63,281 bases of DNA, filler included, from Dimorphilus gyrociliatus (GCA_904063045.1; 7 parts of 7 records of this genome joined end to end with filler, not necessarily neighbours in it); one strand, 5' to 3'. Shown: positions 24,147-35,826, counted from the first letter of the whole stretch. Notes: a model not told the origin generated them from the sequence alone. Translations and numbers: made by a program.

Positions 24147-24509
24147 CTTTTCTTAAATTTTCTATATATAAATAAATATTGTTTTCTTAAATTTTCTATA
24201 TATATTAAAGTACTATTTTCTTAAATTTTAAAATATATTAAAGTACTATTTTCTTAGTTTATATTGTTTTTAGAGATTTCTCTTTTACTTTTTTTACAAA
24301 ATACTTTCGATCTTAAAAAAATAATAAGTATTTATTTTTTTAAATTTAAAATAATAAAACTTTAAATCCAAATATACACTTTTTTTAAGTATTTTTAAAT
24401 CAAACTAAAATTAATTAAAAAAGGAAATTCTAATAAAATATTCAGTTCTTATGAATAATATACCAAAATTGGAAACAATCCATATAAAGAAATAATATTA
24501 ATGGAACCT

Positions 24510-25320
24510 ATCCTTTTATAGTAAAAATGATATTTTTTTTATTTTTCAATAAAATTAGAAAATAGAAGTATATTTATATTATTGAGTATTAAAATAAAAC
24601 TACCTATTTATAGAAAAAATGATATTTTTTTATTTTTCAATAAAATTAAAAAATAGAAGTATATTTATATTATTGAGTATTAAAATAAAACTACCTATTT
24701 ATAGAAAAAATGATATTTTTTTATTTTTCAATAAAATTAAAAATAGAAGTATATTTATATTATTGAGTATTAAAATAAAACTACCTATTTATAGAAAAAC
24801 ATGTGAATTTTTTTTTATTTTTCAATAAATAGAAGTATATTTATATTATTGAGTATTAAAATAAAACTACCTATTTATAGAAAAACATGTGAATTTTTTT
24901 TATTTTTCAATAAATAGAAGTATATTTATATTATTGAGTATTAAAATAAAACTACCTATTTATAGAAAAACATGTGAATTTTTTTTATTTTTCAATAAAT
25001 AGAAGTATATTTATATTATTGAGTATTAAAATAAAACTACCTATTTATAGAAAAACATGTGAATTTTTTTTTATTTTTCAATAAATAGAAGTATATTTAT
25101 ATTATTGAGTATTAAAATAAAACTACCTATTTATAGAAAAACATGTGAATTTTTTTTTATTTTTCAATAAATAGAAGTATATTTATATTATTGAGTATTA
25201 AAATAAAACTACCTATTTATAGAAAAACATGCGAATTTTTTTATTTTTCAATAAATATTCTTATAATTAATATTATTGAGTATTAAAATAAAATTACCTA
25301 TTTATAGTAAAAATGATATT
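24510..25320. repeat. Tandem minisatellite, ~85-91-bp unit, about 9 copies
   Basis: Unit TACCTATTTATAGAAAAACATGTGAATTTTTTTTATTTTTCAATAAATAGAAGTATATTTATATTATTGAGTATTAAAATAAAAC recurs at ~24601, 24692, 24782, 24867, 24952, 25037, 25123 and 25209. Confidence 0.92.
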
Positions 25321-25455
25321 TTTTTACATCACCAAGTAAAATTAAAAAATATCTTATAATTTATATTATTTGTATTATTAAGTGATATAAATATTTATTA
25401 AGTAAATTGCTATGAAATAGAAATTGAAGGTGTTCTTATATAAAACCCTTCTTAT

Positions 25456-26288
25456 ATGACTAAAAATAAATTTGTATATATAAAACTAACAATCGCTCTT
25501 TCTATTATTATTTTTACTATAGTAATTCTAAAATACTTTGAAATTTGTAATAAAAAAGAAGATTTGAATATAAAAATAAATAATTTTGAGTTTCTTTCTA
25601 ATTCTAATAATTCTAATAGTACTATTTTAATAAGAAATACCTCTAACTTTGATTCTAATAATTCAAAAGATGATAAAAATTTAAAAAATAAAAATTATGA
25701 ATATATTAATTTAATCAATAATAATTTATCACATGATAATCTAATAGATAGTAATTTAATAGATGATAGTTTAGAAAATAATCTAATAGGTAGTAATATT
25801 AATAATTTAGTAAATAATGAATTAGAAAATAATTTATCAGATGATAATCTAATAGATAATAATATTAATAATTTAATAGATGATAGTTTAGAAAATTTAA
25901 TAGATGATAGTTTAGAAAATCTAATAGATGATAGCTTAGAAAATAATCTAATAGATAATAATATTAATAATATTAATAATTTAATAGATAATAATATTAA
26001 TAATTTAATAGATAATAATATTAATAATTTAATAGATAATGAATTAGATAGTAATTTAATAAATGATAATCCAATAGATAGTAATTTAATAGATAATAAG
26101 TTAATAGATATGAATTCTAGTTATATAGATTGTTTGATAGATTCTCTAATAAAAGAACATTATAATAACTCAATAGATAATAATTTAATAGATAATGAAA
26201 TTAATAATTTAAAAAATTTAATAGATAATAATTTAGAAAATTTAATAGATAATAATCAATTAGATAAAATTAATTTAATAGATGATAA
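25456..26288 (+). CDS. Asn/Asp-rich repetitive protein with an N-terminal signal/anchor; 3'-truncated
   Basis: Hydrophobic LTIALSIIIFTIVILKYF followed by NLIDN/NLIDDSLE repeats; AACCCT motif upstream. Confidence 0.75.
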
Positions 26289-26388
26289 NNNNNNNNNNNN
26301 NNNNNNNNNNNNNNNNNNNNNNNNNNNNNNNNTTAATTAATTAANNNNNNNNNNNNNNNNNNNNNNNNNNNNNNNNNNNNNNNNNNNN
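26289..26388. other. Artificial contig spacer
   Basis: 44N-TTAATTAATTAA-44N. Confidence 0.99.
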
Positions 26389-27350
26389 GAAATGGAAACG
26401 CACTGGGGAGTTACAGACTCTAACCTTCAACCCAGAATCCAACAATTACAATTCAGCAGCAGGAATGTCAGAAGGCAACAAAGACTAATTGAAGACTATG
26501 ATAGATTGGTGAGTGAAATGAAAAGAAATCGAATCACAATTCAACAGATCATGGAGATGGAACACTCACCCAGCACAGAACCCAATGTTGATATCACAAC
26601 AGTAATTCAAGCATTAAGGGCTGCTTGGGACGCCTCAAAGAACTATTCTCAAGTTGTATGATGGAAGCAAGGAGTGTTCAAAATTCAAAGAAGACTTTAA
26701 TCAGGCATGTTATGCTTATGGTTGGATAGGAGAAGATGTTGTGAAAGCAAATCTTTTAGATTATTTAACTGGTCTGCAAAGGATTTGGTGTTGGCTCTGG
26801 ATGGAGAGCTACTGTGGAGGAAATATGGAAAGCCCTCCATGACGAATTTGATCTGATCCTTTGGAGTATCAGAGAAATTGCTTAACTTAAAGCAAATGAA
26901 TGGCGAAAGTGTGGTTCAGTTTGTTAATAGAGCAAAGAAATTGATAAAGAGGTTTTCTCCATAGACAATGGAACCACTTGCTTGCAACTATGAAAGAAAT
27001 AAACTGATGGAAGTTTTACAAAGAGGATTACAACAGGATATTCTACATTTAGTGTACACTTACATCAAATGTCAAACATTGGCAGAACTATATGAGGCTG
27101 CTAAGCAAGCAGAAACTTCATTAAAACTAACTCAAAGAAAACGATACAATGGTGTCAAAATTGGAAACTCAACAAAGAAAGAGACCAAAAAGACCAGGTA
27201 ATCAGAAAAGATGCTTCTACAGAAACCCAAATTTTCTGGAATAGAAAGCATGTACTGACAACAAAAATGCTACTAAAGAAAGTTTTCAAGCCAAAAGTCC
27301 AAAAGTATGCACCAACTACAACAATAGGTATTATAAGAAAATCAACCAGC
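26389..27350 (+). pseudogene. gag: Gypsy gag (fragmented)
   Basis: YDGS..C..F...F...C..YGW......L..YLTG...W capsid-like motif; degenerate knuckle-like segment near 27300. Confidence 0.65.
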
Positions 27351-27489
27351 AAAGACGATACTGAAAGAGGAACCTAAGCTACAAAATTAGAAACTTAGAC
27401 AATGAAGCATGTCAGAAAACGACGAAGTTCAAGATATTCTCTGTTTTTCAGATAGTGACGATCCACTTGTCAGCTGTTACAAGCAAACA

Positions 27490-27830
27490 ATCTGAGCGAA
27501 ATGCTTCAACATTTATTGGACAATTTGAAACTAATACTGGTTTTAAGTTTGATGCTTGATAGACTCTGGTAGTGACAGATCTTTCATTTCAAAAAAGGTA
27601 TTAAGACAAGTTCAAGGAAAAGCATCCTTCCAGAACAAACTGTGAAAAATGCTAGAGATGCTTCAGGAAATAGCATGAGATATGTGGAGAAATCATTCTC
27701 AGACTTTATTTTAATGAAAGATTATTAAACAACGCTTTCTGATCAACAAAATCATTACACAAAATGTATTATTGGGTGTGACTTTCTACAACAAAATGGA
27801 GCTACCTTGATTTGGCAAGAGACAGATTAT
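27490..27830 (+). pseudogene. Gypsy aspartic protease 1 (canonical position)
   Basis: LIDSGSDRSFIS (DSG at 27562-27570) and ILGCDFLQQNGATL (~27770-27810). Confidence 0.85.
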
Positions 27831-27968
27831 ACTCCAGCAGGTACAGAAAAGAATTACCTGTTGGAAACAACATTATTTTCAAAGGGTTTTACCCAGTTCT
27901 CTTATTATGAAAAAGAATGAGAGTCAAATACATACCTTCAGACAACAATTGAACAAGAAAATCCCGAG

Positions 27969-29340
27969 ATGAAGAACAAAGTTACCCAAATTCTGGCAAA
28001 ATATAAAGAAACTATTGCAGAAGACAGATTTGATATTGGCAATCCAGAGGTACCACCCTTGGAAATAACTCTTGAACCAGGTTCAACACCATATAGACAA
28101 AGGCCATATAGAATGCCTCCTCAAAAACAAGAAGAATGTAAGCAACAGATAGCTGAATTGGTAAAAAGCAAAGTTATTCAACCAAGCAAGAGCAATTGGG
28201 CTTCACCAATTGTTTTCGTAAGAAAGAAGGAAGGTAGTCTACGAATGTGTGTAGATTATAGAAAACTAAACAAAATGACAGTTAAAAACAAGTATCCACT
28301 GCCAAATCAAGATGATCTTTTTGACCATTTGGGAGGAGGAAATAAATTCTTTTCTACAATGGATTTGACAAGTGCATACCACCACATTAACATCAAGAAA
28401 GAAGATAGGTCTAAAACAGCATTTATTACACCTTTTGGCTTGTTTGAATTTATTAAGATGCCTTTTGGATTTAACCAATGCCCCTCCTCATTTCAGTTAT
28501 GTAATGAATTATTTGTGCTAAAGGATGTAAGCATTTGTGCCTAAAACTACCTTGATGACATAATAATATTTACCAAGTCGTGGACCAACATTGGGAAGCA
28601 TTGGAGACCATTCTTCAACAGATTCAAAAGTACAAATTTTAAGATTAAACTAAGTAAATGTGTGTTTTTGAAAGAACAAGTTCCAATTCTTGGGACACAT
28701 TGTATCAGAAAAGGGGATTGAAACAGATAAGTCCAAGACAGATAAATTATATAATTTACAGCCACCAGTGTTTGCAAATTCACTACTAAGCTTTGTTGCT
28801 TTTGTGGCTATTACAGAAAATTTATACAAGATTTTGCAAGAGTAGCTAAACCTCTGTATATGTTAATGAAACTACATGGGAAAAAGGATAAATTGCAATG
28901 GACTGAGGAAGCCAAGCAATCATTTTTCAAGTTGAGAGATGCAGTAGTTAACCCTCCTGTATTACAACTACCTGATTTTGCTAAAGATTTTCATTTAACA
29001 ACAGATGCATCGAATGTAGCTGTAGGAGGAGTTCTTGAACAAGTTTATGTAGATGAGAATGGGAAGAAAACAATGAAACCCATTGCCTACGCTTCAAAAC
29101 AATTCAACAATAATCAAATGAAATATGCAGCCTATCAAAAGGAAGCATTTGGTGTTTACTGGGTTGTAAAGAAATTTTTACATTACTTCAAGACAAGCCA
29201 TTCTTTTTTATATACTGACCATCAGAGTCTAGTACAAACATTTAAGCAAAACAAATTGAATGTCAGCAACAGCAAAATGGGTCATGGCTTTAATGGATTT
29301 AAAATTTACAATTAACTATGTGACAGGACGAAAAAATAGA
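27969..29340 (+). pseudogene. pol: Gypsy reverse transcriptase + RNase H (frameshifted)
   Basis: WASPIVFVRKKEGSLRMCVDYRKLN, YPLP, KTAFITPFGLFEF.KMPFG, YLDDIIIF (28548-28571); LTTDASNVAVGGVL, PIAYASK, LYTDHQSL. Confidence 0.95.
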
Positions 29341-29559
29341 GCAGATGCATTAACAAGATTAGAAGAATATACACCCCAAGGAAAGTAACATTTGAAGAGC
29401 TAATTCATGGAAAGATCAAAAGGAGAATTCTCCCTCTATTTCAGTTAAAATGGAACAGTATGAACATACACCAGAGTTAACTTTTGTAGCTACCAGTGAT
29501 AACAGTGAAGAGAAAATTGATTTGTCTTTGTTGACTTACAGTCAGAGCAAGAAAAAGAT

Positions 29560-30780
29560 GTGAATTTAAAATCAATTAAAGAATATTTAACATTGGATGG
29601 TCAGCTACCTATTCCTTATTTTGGAACTTTTACACCTTTCATAATGGAGATGTTTGTTCACAAGGAAATGATCTGGATTATCCTTGAAGAAAGAAACATT
29701 CTGGTTTTACCTGACCATTTGATGCTAACTCTGCTCCCTAAATTCCATAAAAATAAAATTCACAATCACCATGGACCCAGAATGACATTACAAATAATTA
29801 CAAAGACCTTTTGGCACCCAAAATTAAAGATTATGATTGAGAATTCAATAAAGGATTGCACTTTGTGTGAACAAATGAATGGTAGGAGTAGAGTATACCT
29901 TTGGTAGAAACCTTTCACCCTGCATCACCAATGGAGTTGGTAGCCATGGATATAATGGGACCCTTACCCATGGTTAAGTCATACAGATTCATACTTGTGA
30001 TAGTGGATCATTTCAGTAGATACACAGTTTTATATGCACTCAAACAGCAAACCAGTAAAGAAATTGCAAACCTTCTTTTCAACAGATTTTTTCCCATTTT
30101 TGGAATTCCAAAACAAATGTTGACAGATCAAGGAAGAAACTTTGTTGGTAAAGCTTTTAAAGAGTTTATGAAGGTATTAGGTATTGAGAAAATCCAAACA
30201 ACAGCTTATAGAAGCCAGAGCAATGGACTAGTTGAACGAAGAAATAGAGAAGTGAGGAAGGAAATCAATAAATTAGTGGTGGAAGAAAATCAGCATAACT
30301 GGGTTGCAAACCTACCCTTGATTCAAGCATTTTTGAATCAATCACCTGTAGGAAGTACAAGACTACCACCCCAGGAACTTCTTTTTGGCACCAGCACAAG
30401 AACACTGATTGATGTAACAATGCATACTACCTCTTCCTGAAACAAATGTACTATTTGTATTCAATCACCAGCAGCAATTAGTACAGTTAAGAGCTACAGC
30501 CTTCTGTAAATCCATCATGGCAAAAGAACAATATAGGGAAAGAAAGAATAGAAATCTCAATCTTCCAAAATATTTTGAGGTTGATGATGAAGTATTCTTA
30601 AGAAATGATGCTGCAAGAATTGCCAATAAAAAAATCCCTTCTTTAAAATGGTTAGGCCCATACCGAATAACAAAAGTCAATCATCAAAAGTGGATATATG
30701 AAATACAATGGATTGATAATACATGCAAGTTGGTACATGGTAGCAGATTAAGACTAGCCAATGAATCTAATAAGTTGGAA
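29560..30780 (+). pseudogene. Gypsy integrase (HHCC, DDE core, GPY/F motif)
   Basis: H..HHG.....C..C; MDIMGPL, VDHFSRY, LTDQGRNF, SNGLVERRN; KWLGPYRITKV. Confidence 0.93.
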
Positions 30781-30849
30781 ACAGGGAAAAGAAGCAAACA
30801 ATCTTTCACCTTGTGGAGAAGGAAATAACACACCTCCATATCTTTCTCA

Positions 30850-31800
30850 GGTAGAAGGAAGAAATGACTTCCAATTCCGTTTGAAGAATCAAAAAGGCAA
30901 GAAGTCATTGCCTTGTGTGACACAGGAGCATTGAGATCCTTTATTACTGAAAAAGAAATCAAGTTAATGGATGTTACAATTATGGATAAAGAAACAATTG
31001 GCTTACCAATTATAACTTCAGCTGATGGGAAAGCTTTAAAGCAAAAAGGAAGCGTAAAGCTGAATATCCAATTTGCTGGAGAAAGTATGGAACAAGAATT
31101 TATAGTTATGGAAAATCTAGACATAGCAATAATACTTGGTTGTGATTTCCTACAAACTGTGGGAGCAAACCTCAATTTTGAAGCTAAACAGTGTTCTCTA
31201 AATTTGATAGAAGGAAAGGGAACCTGGCTGAAAGAATAAGGCAACCTCAACTAAACAAAGTCACTATAGCCATGATGGGACAGCATGACTCTTCATCAGA
31301 AAGTTCAGATAGTGATGACTCAGAGATGGAAGTTACTAATTCTGATACTGGTTATGACACAAGCAATACTTTCAAACAGACAGTAATTACAGTCTCAATG
31401 AACCTTCAAGCTCATCTGAAAGTGATGACAAGAAACAATAATGAACTGGATCAAAATACAGATTCAGAGGCAAACATTATCTCTGATAGAGAAGATGAAT
31501 ACTAGTTCAGACGATGAGTCAATAATTATTGAAAGCAAATTATTGATATAACCCATTCGATAATGAGTCAATAATTATTGAAGGTGAAATTATTGACATA
31601 ACCCATTCGATATGAGTCCCTCATAGTGGTAGATTCATCCCAAGATGAGAAAGAAAATACAAGTGACACAGACAATGAGTCAGTCATATTTTTAGATGAG
31701 ACTAAAATCATCTCTGAACAATTAGATTCCCAACAAGAAGTGGAACCCAATATATAGAGTTAGAAGATGGAATAACTATCAGAGTGGAACAACAACAAAA
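30850..31800 (+). pseudogene. Second retropepsin-like aspartic protease plus acidic Ser/Asp/Glu-rich linker, downstream of integrase
   Basis: EVIALCDTGALRSFI (DTG at 30919-30927), IILGCDFLQTVGANLNF; acidic tract ending YIELEDGITIRVEQ; homologous to 52885-53830. Confidence 0.88.
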
Positions 31801-31841
31801 ATTTTCAACCATTCAACTATAGCCACACAGGAAGAGCTAAC

Positions 31842-34231
31842 ATGAAACAGATGTTGTGGCTTCCATAGTGATGACTGTAATGGTGATCTGTGGCTGCATC
31901 CCTCAATAACAGTCCCAAACCATCCTACCAAGGTGCCCTGTTACAAGTGCAAACATTACCTTAACATTTAAACCACCGTTATACTTTTGTTCTAACCAAC
32001 TACCAAGCCAGGCATTTGATCTAGCAGATGAGCCAACTTGTAATATAGAATCACAAGAAACCAAGACATTACAGCTGATATCTATGAATTGAACTTGGAA
32101 GAAATTGAAACAAGAGCAGTAAAATGTCAAGTGTATCTAAGAACTAATTTTTACACTTACTATTCTTTGGAGCAAAGAAGAGGAGGATTGTTAACTCAGT
32201 TATCAAAGTAACTCATGATCAATGCAGACAGATGATAAAAGACAAACGATCTTTTCAAGGAAACCTTTAATGGTGAAAAGAAACACTTGGATCCACCAAG
32301 ATCAGTTTCCTGCTGCCTACACATGGCCAACAACGACCAAGGTGCTGGAATACACCACAATTATCCAGTTTGGCCAAAGCATATTGGCAACCTCCTAATA
32401 TGAAAATTACAACTAATCTGGACTACCTGGAAGATTGTTTACCAGGGCAGTCCTATTGTGAAACAGAAGAGGCAATTATTGTCTTTAGGAACCTCAAGAA
32501 TAATTACACACTTGGGCAACAATCACCATGGATAAAATTAGCAACAGAATTAGTTGTATCAAATTTGCTGGTCACTATTCTTGTCCAGGGTATTCTATTC
32601 TGGACATCCCTTATCAAGATAAGTTATTGATGGAATTGGTGGTCCTGGAACAAAAGTACTAGTACCACTGGAGGAACAGAGTTTAATACAGGAAACAAGC
32701 AAGGAACACCTATACAATTTGCTACAATATCAGAGATTGGCAAAAATGAAGAAAAACGACTATTAAACTATCCCAATAAAGTTAAAGAACAAATTATACT
32801 ATACAAGCGAAACAACCCCTTACCAAGTCTTAACCAATGGTACAGAGAAACAAACCACAAAGTATAAACTATGAGAAATAAAGGCACACTCAAGGAAGTT
32901 GTGATATATCATCTACAACAACCCATTAGTCCATCTTACTGGGAGCTGGATAACTATTATATCCAGAAATGCTGCAAGCAGTCAATTGGACAAGGGCAAC
33001 AAGACAATCTGTCACGATTTCAAAATATGTATACAGTGAGAAAAGAATCAAAAAGAAGGTATTACCAACATTGGGCATATGGTATAAAGGACCACCAGCC
33101 AGAGAATTTAAGATTACCTATGAAGGAATTTATTTTACTCTACACATGAGAATGGCTAAAAAGCAGATGAAGAAGGAAGCAAAACTGAAACATAAGATAA
33201 GTAAAAACCCATACCACAAATTCCCATTGGAAATGAGAGAAGCTGCCCAAACATCTACCTTACTACATGGTATTGATTCAAATTTTAAGAATTTAAAAAA
33301 GTTTACCCAACAGCTGTCAAGTCTTCTCTGCAATCAATTTGTTCCAAGAAGCAGAATGATGGCATTACTAGCAAATTTGGATCCTCAATTGACCACAGTG
33401 TTAACAAATGAGTTGGGAATGCACAGTAGTCAGATGGGAGAATTAGCTATAATTAAACAATGTTCACCAATAGCCTCAACAGAAGTAGTTTGTGACTTAA
33501 GCATGATAAAAAAGAATAACAAATGTTCTCAATTTTTACTTGTCACCATGAACAACCTGCTTTTCCAAGTAGAACCAGTTACTCATGTTTTACAGCAAGT
33601 CAATCCTGAAGAGATTACCTATAATGAGTGTAAGTCTAACAAGTTATTCTACAAAACAACTCACAACCCATTAAATCCTATAAGAAACCAACCAATGAAA
33701 GACAAAACGTATGTGTATTATTCAGAAAGAGGATGCAGATTTCACACTGTGTCTGCAAAATCCATGCAGTTACATATCCACAATCACCTTTCTGAACCAA
33801 AAATTGAAATTGCCAGATTAGCTGATCTACTCCACCATGGGGTAAAGAAGGATATTGCATACCAGCACTCAAAAATTAAGCAAGTTATCAGTTCACTGGA
33901 ACAGAAGCAGGCAAGGTATGATAACATGGTCACTGTTGCAGAGAAAAATGGCATTGTACCCAATTTATCTGGAATTAAAAAGTTTTTCCATAGTTGGTAC
34001 TATAAACCTGGGAAAACACTTTATGTTATCATACGAAATATTTGTTTGAGTATTGTAGTGTCAATGGTATGTATCATCATTTTCAACTATATTATTGGAA
34101 GAAGAAAACAAAGAGAAGAAATTGCTACCCCAAGTGAGAGCACAGATAACTCTCCTGAAAACCCAAAACTAATGAAACAAAGTTGTAGCTTTAGTCAACA
34201 TCAAACTAATGAAGAAGAACAACCACTGTAA
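31842..34231 (+). pseudogene. env: env-like class III viral fusion glycoprotein (herpes gB/chuvirus G-like), about 800 codons, frameshifted
   Basis: Signal peptide MKQMLWL/SIVMTVMVICGC. LYFC...F.L...P.C, VKCQV...YTYYSFGAK...DQCRQMI, AYTWPT (putative fusion loops). gB-like LC....R.MM..LA.LDP...QMGELAIIKQCSPI...V...C...LLVT. C-terminal TM LYVIIRNICLSIVVSMVCIIIFNYII followed by GRRKQR. Confidence 0.8.
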
Positions 34232-34267
34232 TTCTCATTAAATCAAGATGAAGGGACTCATCTTCAC

Positions 34268-34281
34268 AAAGAAGGGGGAAG
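34268..34281 (+). promoter_or_regulatory. Polypurine tract
   Basis: AAAGAAGGGGGAAG one base before the LTR TG. Confidence 0.9.
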
Positions 34282-34282
34282 T

Positions 34283-34917
34283 TGTACAACTTTGGTTATA
34301 TTTTACATGCTTGAACTCTATTATTTTATGCAACATATACATGTACATCTTAAAACCTACGCAAGAAAATGCTATAACATTGGCCAAACATAAGTCTGAT
34401 TAGTCAGCTTGAAGGTTCATCTTTAATTACCAATAAAGGTTTGGCCAAGTTATAATTTAATTAACTTGCCTAGGGTGTGGCCAAGTTATAATTCAATTAA
34501 CCTTCCTAAATGTTGAACCTTGTAACATCCTGTTACTAAAGATAAATATGAACTACACATTTCGGCAACTGTAAAGTGATGATTGGATGTCAGAGACAAA
34601 CCTCAAAGTATATAAATCCTCATTATTCTCATTTGGCATGCAGCTTCCATCTGGACCCAAGGACCTGGGAAAATCATCTGGAAACAACCTCCACTGGAAC
34701 CATCCATCTACTCCTCAACATTGGAAGACAGTTTGGTAATTTGGCAACCTGCTATTACAAACTATCTACTCTGCTATTGAACTCTCATATTGTTACTTGC
34801 TTAAGTATTATTATTGCGAATAAACCATTTTAATTTAAACATTTGTTTAAAGGTTCGAGTAGAACCAGTATTGTTATAACTTGCAAACGCATAGATTTTG
34901 CCAGCAAGAGCAGTACA
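34283..34917 (+). repeat. 3' LTR (635 bp, TGTAC...GTACA)
   Basis: Starts TGTACAAC after the PPT and ends CAGTACA; TATA-like TATATAAA ~34609 and AATAAA ~34819; matches the copies at 36157 and 41460. Confidence 0.92.
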
Positions 34918-35182
34918 ATATTTATATATATATGCATAGAAATTACTAATTAAAGGCTAAAGCACTATCCTAATGTTGGCTTAATTGTAGATTTGTGGCA
35001 TTTTCTTATTCTAATTAACAAAATTAGATCAAATGTTTGGACAAGAAAAAATACTGACAAGTCAGCAACATTAAATGTTTATTATACTTTCTCCCCGATC
35101 CGCCCACTCTCCCCCGCCTCTTCCTCTTAAGCAACTAACATTCATTTTCAAAATAACAATAATTATTAGCAAAACAAAAGCA

Positions 35183-35364
35183 GGGTCCACAGAAAATGTC
35201 CACAAATGAGAAATTTCAAGACTAGATTTTGAATTGAGAAATGGTTAGGAAGAAGATAGCAACTGATATGTACTAAGGAGGGTCTCCTCTAAGGGTTAAG
35301 GCTAATGGAAAAGGTTAGGGTTAGGGTTAGGGTTAGGGTAAAAGCACTGATTTGTGGATGTTTT
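35183..35364. mobile_element. TTAGGG-bearing MITE, copy 1 (right TIR clipped)
   Basis: CACAGAAAATGTCCACAAAT...(TTAGGG)4 at 35315-35338...ATTTGTGGATGTTTT; reverse complement of the 55767 copy. Confidence 0.8.
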
Positions 35365-35550
35365 AAAATGATAAAAATTCATGGAACTATTTGAAAAGAC
35401 CATTTGCAAAGGTAAGAGTTATTTTTCTACATTTGAACTAATTGTTTTTCAAATATTACAAATTGTTTGTACAAGACGATGTTACGAGGGATGATTTGGA
35501 TTTTTTTCTATTTTCCCATTGGGTTATATTCAACTCAATTTATGCATGTA

Positions 35551-35770
35551 AATTTGGCGGGGCCGACAGAAAACGTCCCCAAATGAGATTTTTGAAAGCA
35601 ACATTTCGGATTGAAAAATGGTTAGTAGGGGTAAAGTAGCTTTTGATTTATAGTTAGGGGGGTTCCATCTAAGGGTTAGGAGCAATCAAAAAGGTTAAGG
35701 AGAGACAAGGGCTAGGTTAGGGTTAGGATTAAATCATGAATTTGGGGACGTTTTCTGTCGTATCCAAATT
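35551..35770. mobile_element. TTAGGG-bearing MITE, copy 2
   Basis: Perfect 21-bp TIR CGACAGAAAACGTCCCCAAAT (35564-35584) / ATTTGGGGACGTTTTCTGTCG (35740-35760); internal GGTTAGG repeats; outer AATTTGG/CCAAATT. Confidence 0.85.
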
Positions 35771-35826
35771 CGGCATATAAACAATCAACAAGCACATCTA
35801 ATTTATACCCAACTAGTTTACATCAT

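Larger units (their letters stand above)
26389..34917 (+). mobile_element. Ty3/Gypsy (Metaviridae-like) LTR retroelement with env; 5' LTR outside the contig; many frameshifts and stops
   Basis: gag, PR, RT, RNase H, integrase, second PR, env, PPT and 3' LTR occur in this order. Confidence 0.95.

Noticed and set aside
35315-35338. (TTAGGG)4 as a true telomere or chromosome fusion scar
   Set aside because: Short, internal and always embedded at the same position within a TIR-bounded repeat found on several contigs.
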